The notes under the pieces were generated by a model. That model worked only from the letters and a program-made list of their open reading frames with translations. It made no database searches and was not told where the DNA came from. DNA of 64,000 bases, from the NCBI GenBank assembly GCA_964019335.1, contig OZ025657.1, positions 434,001-498,000 on the forward strand, read 5' to 3'. The DNA comes from Diplonema japonicum. Taxonomy: Eukaryota; Protista; Euglenozoa: Diplonemea. A program made the translations under genes and the position numbers. How positions within the stretch are numbered: the stretch's first letter is position 1; the number at the start of each line of letters is the position of its first letter. Shown piece by piece: positions 46,569-56,626 of the stretch.

Positions 46569-47510
46569 TTTTTTTTTTTTTTTTATCTTCTGAATTTTTT
46601 TTTAAAGGATTGAAATTGTTGTATGAGGAGGATGGAAAAAAAAAAAAAAAAATTCCAGGAACATAAATATGTATTTGTGTGTGAAAAAAAAGTTTTCTTT
46701 TTTCTTCATTTTTTTTTTTTTTTGGATAGGGGATTGGGTGGGTAAAAGAGTATGAGGATGGTGCATGGGAAGGAGAAATGGAGGGGGGGGGGGGGTTTAT
46801 CGGGTAAAACATGAATGAAAAAAAAAAAATAGACGGGAAATAGACAGGGGCGAGAAGGGTGGGGTGAGGGGGGGAAGAAAATAGACAAAAAAAACAAAGA
46901 AGAAGCATAAGATATGTTTTCAATTAACGGGGCTGGGAGGGGAAAAAAACATTTTTTTTTTCTTATCTTCAACACCTTTTCTCCCCTTCCTTCCCCCTCC
47001 TGTACTTTTAAGCCTAGGGGACACAGTGCCCTCGTGTTACCCTTTGAAGTCTTATACGGTAGATTGCGTGAAGGGGAAAGGTTTTTTTTTTTTTTTCTCC
47101 CTCTTTTTTTAAAAATTTAAATTTCACCCGGGCAAGAAACTTTTTCAAGAAAGAAAAAAAAAAAAAAAAAAAGAGAACAAAAAAAAAAAAGAGAGGTAAG
47201 CTTAAAGCTACCATAGATACATGACTAACACGTAAACAATCCGCGTGATTTGAAGAGTGGAACAGGTGGAACTCAAATGATTGAAAAGGGTGATCCGTAA
47301 TTTAGCCCAAGAACCGCTTTTTTTTTTTTAAAAAAAAAAGTAATTCACTTAGTACTTAAGTGAATTGCCCCCATATTTTTAATAAACTTATTTAAATTAT
47401 GTTTACCCCCCCCCCCCCCTTTCATTTCCCTCCCTTCCAGAAACAAGAGTTTAAAATTTGTGCTCAGTTATTATAAAAAACCCCCCCAAAAAAATCAAAA
47501 ATTAAATCAT

Positions 47511-47541
<31 letters not shown>

Positions 47542-47637
47542 GAGCTTGAGTAAAAAAAAAAAAAAACCTTTTTAATTCTTTCCACCCCCCTTTTTTTTTA
47601 CCCGTTTTTATTTATCTAATGTGGATTTTGGTTTCTT

Positions 47638-47673
<36 letters not shown>

Positions 47674-48183
47674 TAGTTACCCCTTCCCTACCTCAATGGA
47701 CACACAGGCAGGTTAAAGGTTAAGCACTTTAAAGGTACGGGATCTTTGTTTTCATTTTTTTTTTATTTATGCTCTTCCATCTTATTCTCGTCTTTTATAA
47801 AGTTTCGTTTTTAAAAAAAATTCTTTGTTTCTCTTTATTCTTGTGCCCCCTCCCCCATCAAGGTGTTGCCTTTCTTTTTTCCTTTTTTTTTTTCCTTTCT
47901 TCTCTTGGTTTCCACACTAATAAAAATGTGCACCTTCCAAAAGGGAGGGAGTGAAGGGGTTTTTGGTATTTCATTATTATTTTTTTTTTTGCTGTTTTTT
48001 TTTTTCTTTTTCTTTTTTTAAAGAGGATTTTTCATTCTTTTTTTTTTTTTTACGAAAAGAAAAGAAGGACGGAGAAGGGTTGCTGTTTCTTTTTTTCATT
48101 TTTTTCTTCTTTTTTTTTTTTCTCTTTTTTTCTTTTGCCGCAATCTCATCCACGTAAGAAGAGAGGGCATTTTTCTTTCTTCT

Positions 48184-48215
<32 letters not shown>

Positions 48216-48313
48216 CTTGTTTTGAAGTTGTAAGTTTGTGATCCGTGGGTGCCTTAGGCACCTTGGTTACCTACCGCTTGAAGAGGGATGGTTTCGGGCG
48301 AAAAAAGAAAATA

Positions 48314-48513
48314 CTGTAAAGTGGGGGGGGAATGGCACCCAGCCTGACAAATTCGGCTCAAAAGCTCCTTCAGCGGCCTCGGACAAAGAAAAAATGGCCC
48401 AGCCTGGACAAATTTCGGAGGATATGCAGGGGAAAAAAAAAGAGAACCGAAAAAAAAAAAAAAAAATCCCGGACAATTATTAGCCGGGCACCCCCTTTCC
48501 CCCCTCTTTACAG
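48314..48513. mobile_element. MITE-like element (200 bp) with pogo-like ends
   Basis: TA|CTGTAAAGTGGGGG ... CCCCCTCTTTACAG|CA inverted ends. Internal (c)ggacaa repeats. Same CTGTAAA terminus as 62246-63490. Confidence 0.55.
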
Positions 48514-49318
48514 CAACAAAGTTGAGGAATTAATTTTCCTTGATTGAAAAATAGGGAGAATACATAAGCACGATTCTTAACAAAAAAAAAAATGAGGGCG
48601 GGTGGGGGGGGTATATCTGCGAGAGAAAGTATTTAAGAAAAAATCTTATGGCAAGAAAGGACGCTGTAAGATGTATGTGTCCTGAAAACCCACTAATATT
48701 TTTTCCCTTCTTCTTTTTTCTTCTTTGGCACTTTTTTTAAAGGCTCATAGGACCCATCTACAAACTGTACCTGAACGAGCAAGTAAGCGGTTTGCAGCAT
48801 CTCCCCCCCCCCCAAAAAAAAACTCACATTTGGACCAAATTAAGGTTGTGCAATCCTTCTCGCTGCCCAACGAGTAAGGTGTGATTTTACAAGGATTTGT
48901 AAAAAGAAGATAAAAGAGGGGGTGACCGGAAGAGAAAAAAAAAAATGCCCTTTTCTACACGTAGCCCCAAAAATAAGAAAGAGAAGGGGGAAAAAAAAAT
49001 ACACCCGTCAACCCCCTGGAAAAGAATTTAAAAAAAAAAAAAAAACCGAAGCCCCATATGACCCTTTGAATATTACCCCCTTTTATAATCGGTGATCTTA
49101 CTGTTCTCCCATTGTTGTTTTCTTTTTTTTTTTTCTTCTTTTTTTTTTTTTATAAACCCCCTATTCCCCCCCTCCCCACTATTATATAGAAGAGAAAAAA
49201 AAAAGAAGGGGAGAGAAAGAACAAAATAAAAAAATAAAATAAAACAAATCCCATCGCACGGTGAACAGGGGAGGGGAGGGGGGGGAATCAGGGTTTAAAA
49301 AAAAAAAAAACCCCTCCC

Positions 49319-51533
49319 TCACAGAGATTTTAACCGCCTTCTGTGCGAATGAGGTGGGAGAGCTAGTATGGGAGGCGGCGACCCACTTGACTTCGAAAAA
49401 AGTCCGGCTAGTCCTCCCTAAATGTGTATAAAAAAACTTTTTTTCTCTTTTTCTAAATACCTTTTTCTTACTACTGCCCTGTTCAGGGCTCAGGCGGGGC
49501 TGGGCATTACCAGAGTACATACGCTGTAAATCAAGCAGATCGTACTGTTTTTTTTTTTTTTTTTTTTTTTTTCCCACCCTCATACCACATCCCAAACCTC
49601 CATCAAAGCAGCCACAGTAGGACACATGATAAGCAATGTGGGAGGCAGGCATCTGTTGATCATGGCAGAGAGAGAGTCGGTGAACTGCACAGCCAGCGCG
49701 GTAAGGGTAACAGAAGTCCTCAGTTCCAGCTCTTCGGCCGCCTCGTCAGAGGTCAGGACCTTGATGGCACCTGTCGTTTCATCAACCAAGACGTCGTACT
49801 TGTCAGCTGGCGAGGTAACGGAACCCCCGAACTTAGGACTCCCCATAGGACTCTCAGGAGGTGATTTTAAAGGTTGTTTTGTATTACTTGTTGGCACAGC
49901 GACTTTTGTCAGACCAAGTTCGAGCCATGATGTGTGTAGCTCCACTGTAACCTTGTCAACACGCTTCAGGACACCCAGTACGTGGAGGAGCTCGTTTATT
50001 ATAGCGCACTTTAGAAAGGTGTACCGCCGGATGTGCTGTTTTGTGCTTCTCCTTGGTGACACCTTGTCCGCCGCAACTACTTGCAGGTTGGGGTGCATAA
50101 CGGCCTTCAGCCGATGGTTGGGTAGCTGGCTCATCAACGCCTTGCTCAGTAGATCTTTCCCGCTGTACGCTGGCCCCACATCTATGAAGTTTGCACCCAC
50201 AGGAATGATAGGGAGGAATTTTAAGAGGTTGTGGTGGTTCATGGTGAGCGCGAATGCAAGGTCCCCGGAAAGGCCTTCGGACTGTTTTTTTTTTTTTTTT
50301 TTTTTCTTCTTTTTTCCTTTTTTTTTTTTTAATACCTCTCGGAGGCTTTTCCCGGAAACAGGCGATATCACATCCACCTTAAGGAGATTAGCGTGGAATT
50401 CTATTTTTGTTTTTTTGTTTTTTTTTTTTTTTTTGTTTTGCCCCAATTTTACCAATATCATCGTCCCGCCAAGCATTCACCACGTCTCTCGGCAGCCGTT
50501 GACAGTAATAGTACGAATTGATGGGCCCGTCGAAGGGCTGGTAGGTCCTCCCGGGTTTCGTTCCGCTTTTCTGTTGGTACATTTGTATAGTACGCTCGCA
50601 CCTCAGAAGGTCCAGGGGGTGCCCGCATATGAATGCGGAACGCGGCCCGAGGATCCTGCTAATCTCCAGAGTGGAATACGTCTTGGTGTTCCTGTCAGTA
50701 GGTATTTTATTGACCTCTTCAATGATCTTTTCAAGAACGGGCAGCGCGATATTTGTTACGTTGAGGACGTAGGTGGCACGATGGTCGATTTTTGGAGTCA
50801 AACTGTCGTTGTTGTCCTGAAGCGAGAACCCAACCCAGAAGGAGGCCCGGAGCGCTAATTTCGATTGTTTTATGTAATCTTGTTTCGTGGCTGCGATGGA
50901 GGCTGCTACGGCAGCAAGCATCCCTTTCCCGAATGTGACAAAAGAGTGGAAACAATCTCGCACAACCCCCCAAGGCCACTGTTTTGTCGTCACGGAACAC
51001 AGGACATAGTAAGCAGTTAACTGAACTAACGTTGTAATAGGCCAAGCTACAATCGATTGTTTGAAGTACACCTCAGCAGGCACCTCAGCCTGCCCTTCCA
51101 ACCAGTGCAATATCTTAAAACTCTGCAACAATGTGCTCAGCTCCGTACTGCAGATCTTAATGAACTCCCGAGCAACGGGGAACTGACTGTGCATGCTCAC
51201 CAAATCCCCAAAGCAAGGGTTCTCGCTTGCCGACCCCCAAATCGCGATCAGTGCTTTGCCTTGGATACTCTGTTGTAAATACCCTATAATGGTATTGCTG
51301 TCTGTCGTTGCCACCGGTGTGTTTGCATGGGTGTAAGCTGAGTTCAGCCGTTGGATGCCAGGGTTCTATGTGAATTTAAAAAAAAAAAAAAAGTTTTTTT
51401 TTTTTTTCTTTTTTTTCCATACTGCGGCAAGCTTGCTTGGTGACTCCAAACCCGAAAGGTTCAACTGCCGGCCCTCTTCCCCCTCTGCTGCTTCAGGTGC
51501 AGGTGCACCCCCTCCGCTCAGCGGGGGTGTCAT
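49319..51533 (-). CDS. FAS1-like starter acyltransferase (SAT) homolog plus ACP-like domain, both apparently lacking catalytic residues, about 655 aa, 6 exons
   Basis: Introns 51366-51422, 50401-50452, 50282-50335, 49545-49585 and 49418-49460 give a continuous 1968-nt frame. ILHWLEG..P..YF..SIVAWPITTLVQLTAY, LEISRILGPRSAFICGHP and FIDVGP follow the fungal FAS beta-subunit AT domain. SWLELGL...AVQF..SL...LPPTLLIMCPTVAAL follows the ACP pattern. Confidence 0.7.
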
Positions 51534-52213
51534 TTTGTCGCCTCCCCTCCCCGCCTTTTTTTTTTTTTTTTCTTTTTCCCACAGGAAAACGATTCTATAG
51601 AAAAAAAGACAAAATAAGGGAGGGGGGAAGGGGGAAGACAGGAAAAGAAGAAGTGCAAAATATTTTCTCTTTTCGTTCTCTTTTTTTCTTTTATTTCTTC
51701 ACATTCTCTCTTTCTCCCAGGGGGGGAAAAGAAAGAAGAAAAAAACGGGGGGGGGGGGGAAACGGAAAGGGGGTCAGAGAAGGGAAAGGGGATATTATTG
51801 AGAAATTCTGCAACCCAAATATAAAAAAAAGAGGCGGGAGGTGGGAATGACTCATACTTTAGCACTGTGGCACGACCGGAGGGGCCAGGCTGTGGGGGAG
51901 AATTTTCTCTTTAACACTTTTTTTTTTTCCGCCTCTTTTTTTTTTTTTTTTTTTTTTGTACTGAGTATCTTTCCTTCGGGTTATAAAAAGAATAGAGAAT
52001 TGAAAAAAGGAGAAAAAAAAAGAAATTGCCTCATATCGGTATACGGTGTACTGCAAAAGAGGAAAGACGGTTGGGATTACGATTTCACGCTCCCTAAGAA
52101 TGTCCCTCATGCATTAAAAAAATCGGATATTGCCAGTTATTTCTCCTTTTTTTTTTCTTTTCTTTTTTTTTTTTTAAATTTCTCTCTGCACTGTAACTCA
52201 TTCCACAGAGACA

Positions 52214-52263
<50 letters not shown>

Positions 52264-52501
52264 CCTCTTTTTTTTTCTTATTCCCCTCCTTCTCCTGTTT
52301 GGGGAGAAAAATCAGGGGAGGGAGGGGGATAATAAAGGGACAAGGGAAAAAAAAAAGACGGTATGGGGGGAGAGAGAAGAAAAAAAAAGGGAAAAGAGAG
52401 ACAGGATAATACAAGAAAACAAAAAGTAATAATAATAAAAAATAAAAATAAAAATCGCACTTTTAAAAAAAAAAAAAAAAAAAAAAGAAAATCATATCCC
52501 C

Positions 52502-53203
52502 CTAATTATTCAATTTCTTCCCTCGGTAATACTCGAATTTGCTATCGTCCTGTGTTTTTTTTTTTTTTTTTTTTTTTTCTTTTTTTTTAGGCCTCGGGAA
52601 AATAAACTCGGGGTAAAGTAGGGTTTACCTTTTCCCTCGACAGATTGTCCTGGCCCCTCGGAACCAATTTTTATGTCCTCGGGAGCCACAATCTGTCTCG
52701 GGGAAATAAACCCTACTTTATTGCCCCGGAATAAATAGTTATTATTATTATTATTTTTTTTTTCTTTTTCGCCGTCCAAACCTTTGCCCTGTCCTTAAGG
52801 AATTCTTCGACCGGTCCCATCACCTTTTCGAAGTGGCGACGGCCCATCTTGGCAGTTTTAACAGGACCGACCGCAATAACATCAGCACAGGTGCTGTGTT
52901 CATTGATGAATTCCAGTTCGCCCACACAGTCCCCCTCTGTGAACGTGCACACATCCACCTCTTCCCCTTCTGCCTCGTCGTTTGTGCGTCCTATCACATT
53001 GACCGTACCCGAGACGATAATGTAGAAATGGGTGCCCTCCTGCCCGAAGCGGATAATTTTCTCACCGTCCACGTGTTCTTCAGGCTTCAGAGCGTCTGCC
53101 ACCTGCATCCTTTCGAAGTTGGTGAGGTTTTCAAGGAAATCAATCCCGCTCAGGAACCCTTCGTACATGGCTCTCTTTTTAATAGACGCCTTGGTCACGA
53201 TTA

Positions 53204-53237
<34 letters not shown>

Positions 53238-54085
53238 CAATACCTATAAGTCAACCTATCAAGGGACCAGCATCTAACATCAGCTGCCGCTGTCACTGTA
53301 ACCAGCGACTCTGCTGAGTACATGAGCTCTTCTTCCCCGAAACAAGATCCAGGGCCCAACCGTTTGAGGACTTGTCCATTTTGGCTGATTTCAACCTCTC
53401 CGTTTTGAACAATGTAAAAGGTATCACCCTCCTCACCCTCTGTGTAGAGGGCTTCACCTGATGACTTGTCGACCTGCTGCAAGGCGTCTATAAGTGTGAG
53501 GAGCTCGCTGGTTTCAAGGTGTTCAAACAGATATGTTTCTTCAAGGGACGCTGTTAGCCAAGCGATGGCTTCTTTGTCCTTCGGGTGGTGGGGGGGTGTG
53601 TGGTTGTTGATCTCCTCTAGATTTATCACCTCTGAAGAGACTGTTTTGCGTCGTGATGGACGGCCTTTCATTTGTTCTGCCTTGTCCTCGTGATCTGTGT
53701 CGTTGGTGTCTCCAATTTTATCATTTTCGTCTTCGTCATCATCGTCGTCTGCAGGGAACTCCTGGACGTCGAGACCGAAGCTGAAACCTACTTTGATGTC
53801 ACCCATCCCGTTGTCGGGTTCGTCAGTGGATTTATCGGCTGGTGAGGCTTCCTTGTCCAAGCCTTCGCACCCGTAGGAGTGGGAGTCTTCTTGTACTCTG
53901 TTTTGTAGCTTTCGGATGTCTCCTGTGAGGTTGTAGTTGACCTTTACGTTCCCCTTCTCCAACCCTCCGAATTTTTTATAATCGTCAATAGTCTTCAGAC
54001 TTCTTTGCAACAGTTCATCCTTGCACTCTCTCCTGACCTGCGCCTCGTTCGCCCACGCGAGGACTCGCGCGTCAAATGTTGACAT
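52502..54085 (-). CDS. PKAR: Kinetoplastid-type PKA regulatory subunit with two CNB domains, 437 aa, 3 exons (introns 53206-53243, 52550-52781)
   Basis: Inhibitor site RRKTVSSE. CNB-A GSCFGEEELMYSAESLVTV. CNB-B GDCVGELEFINEHSTCADV. Spliced C-terminus FLKDRAK|DDSKFEYYRGKKLNN. Confidence 0.85.
52609..52728. repeat. Fold-back inverted repeat (about 120 nt) inside PKAR intron 2
   Basis: TAAAGTAGGGTTTA (52614-52627) pairs perfectly with TAAACCCTACTTTA (52707-52720). GACAGATTGT (52639-52648) pairs with ACAATCTGTC (52688-52697). Further imperfect inner and outer pairing. Confidence 0.85.
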
Positions 54086-54630
54086 TTTTTTTTTCTTGCA
54101 CTTTTTCGGGATATATGTAGGAAAGAGGATGGGGAATGAAAAAAAAAAAAAAAGGAAGCAACAAACTCATAACGAAAATGAAATGAAATAAGGGGGAGAG
54201 GGGAGGGATGGGAAAAAAATAATATTTAAAAAAAAAAAAAGAATACGTATTTTTAATTTAAAACTTAAATAACCCCCTCCCCTCCCCAATGCACGCACAC
54301 AAACACCCCCTTTTGGTGGTCTCTTTTTTTTTTTTTCTCTTCTTCTTGGTATTTAACAATGGAACATTTGTTAGTACTAAAGTCTTATTTTGACAGCACG
54401 GTTCCTTGAGTTTTTCTTGTTTCTTTTTTTCTTTTTCCCCCCCTCATCAGGGGGGGGGGGGGGGGGGTTTCCTCTTTTTTCCCCCTTCTTTACACCGGTG
54501 CCGCGGTAAGACTCGGTAGTGCGCATACAGACAACGCCGCTAGAAACGATTTTTTTTTCTTCTTCTTTTTTTTTCTTTTTTCAAATACAAAAGAACACTT
54601 GGGCCTATACACTCTTGTTTTTCCCAGATC

Positions 54631-54926
54631 ACTTACCTACCGCCAAGGAATGACTTTTACGGCCCCCGAGGTCCCTCGAAAGGTACAATGTGGAAACCTC
54701 GAGGCAGCGAGAAAGATTGTTTCTTGTTGGTAGCTAATAGCCATTATGAAAGATAGTGTGTTTTGTCAGTGCTAAAGACTATCTGTTGTAACGGCTCGAG
54801 AAAGGGGAAATGGGGTGATTTTACAGACAAAAAGAAAACCTCCCCCGATAAGGCACAAAGAGAGAAAAATAAGTTTTTTTTTTTCTTCTTCTTCTTTTTT
54901 TTTTTTTTTTTTGGCGGTAAGTAAGT
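54631..54926. mobile_element. MITE-like element (about 296 bp) bounded by 16-bp inverted repeats
   Basis: ACTTACCTACCGCCAA at 54631 and TTGGCGGTAAGTAAGT ending at 54926 (15/16 match). Non-coding interior. Confidence 0.55.
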
Positions 54927-55093
54927 AGTTGTACACGACTCCCATTTCGTGTCGCTCAATGTACTTTGACAGGAGCCGAAGAACACCCCCCCCCCCCCCC
55001 CCCCATGTTCTCTCTTAAGGGGCGGAGTGGCCTCAGATAACCAAAAAAAAAAAATTCACTATGATAGGAACGAAGTGGTTAGCAACGGCCCAC

Positions 55094-55137
<44 letters not shown>

Positions 55138-55539
55138 ATTTAAGGGTACCTGCGGTATGTGGCAGGACGCTTTCTAAAAAAAAAGGTCGAGAGAGGGGTT
55201 GAGAACGCGTGAGTGAAGAAAAATAGAGGGAAGAAAAAAAAAAGAAACGAACAAAAAAAAAAAAAAGGGAGAATGAGGAGCAAATAAAAAAAAGAAAAAT
55301 TAAAAATTCTGTTAAAACAAAAAAAAAAGTGCTTTTTTTTTTGTTTTTTTTAAATTCCATCTACCCGGCCAATGGGGTTGTGTCAGTGTTCAGGCCGGCA
55401 ATCGTTCCATGCATTTACAAATATTTATGCCTTCGACGATTAGGACAATTCCAAGTTGTTTTCTGAAAAAATATCTGGGAACGCCAAATGGCCATATACC
55501 TTTTTTTTGTGAAACACGATAAAAAGAAAGAAGAATACA

Positions 55540-55794
55540 CTATTCTTTTAAGGTATGCGTTTTTGCGCTCACCGGCCGCGCTGTACTTGAATAAAAAAAA
55601 AACACACACAGCACCGAAAACACTTTACAAAAGCCAGTGGTCCACACATGCACGAATGAAAGAGAACAATTTAACGGAAGAGTGGGGAGAGAGAGGAAAC
55701 TGTTTAACGCAACATGCCCGTCATTTTTAGAGAGGGGAAAAAAAAAAAAACTATTCTTTTAAGGTACGCGTTTTTGCGCTCACCGGCCGCGCTG
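55540..55794. repeat. Two direct copies of a 45-bp motif TATTCTTTTAAGGTAYGCGTTTTTGCGCTCACCGGCCGCGCTGT
   Basis: Copies at about 55540-55584 and 55751-55794. A weaker relative lies near 21708-21735. Confidence 0.8.
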
Positions 55795-56626
55795 TTCTTA
55801 GTCCCCGTTGTCCCCGTTCTGGGGGCTCTGGCGGGTTCCTACTGCGGGGCAGCCTTGTCGGGGTTTGCAACAGGTACGTGTCACGCAAGCCTTCGATGCT
55901 GCTCATGGTTCGCCGTCCTTCTGCCCTCAGCGTGGTACAGGTCCAAAAAAAAAAAAAAAAAAAAAAAAAAACTCGATAAAATTTCAGTGTGCATGGGGGT
56001 GCTCACTGTTCAGGTAGAAATTCACTAAAAAAAAAAAAGCCGGAGAGAAATGAAAGCGAAGCCACACGACTACCACAGAGGGAGATCCCAATGATAAAAG
56101 GAGATTTCTATTCATTCTCAAAAGTTTGATTTACCTCCTCCCCCCCCCCCCCCCCCTTCTTTATTATTTATTTGCACCCCTTTTGATAAAAAGAGATAGT
56201 AAAGGGGGAAAGGCGGTCTGGCATAGTTCCGTTGGATTGCTACTATTTTTTTGTTAGAAAAAAAAAAAAGAAGATCAAGAAGTTTCGGGAGGTGGGCAGA
56301 AAAACTTTCCCAATTTTTTTTTTTTTTCCCCTTACCCTTCCTACCCAACCCCCCTATAAAGTTGAACCAATGTAGAGAGGAAAAAAAAAAGGAAAAAAAA
56401 AACCCCCCTGAAATATTAACTCTGAGTATCGCTGCCCGGAGACTGGAAAAAAATTCAGGTTTTTTTTTTCTTTTGACTTCCCCCCCCCCCCCCCCCCCCC
56501 TACATGCTTGGAAAACAATTGTTTCCCTTTTCCTCCTCCCCCCCCCCCCCTTTTTTTCCTTAAGAAAAACACACAGAAGGAAGTAAAATTTGCTAGCTTT
56601 CACTTCGTGGAAATTAATAAGACCTT

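Noticed and set aside
54631-54760. ACTTACCT as the 5' end of U1 snRNA
   Set aside because: No U1-70K or U1A loop motifs or Sm site follow. The sequence has an inverted partner at 54911-54926 and is better explained as a TIR.
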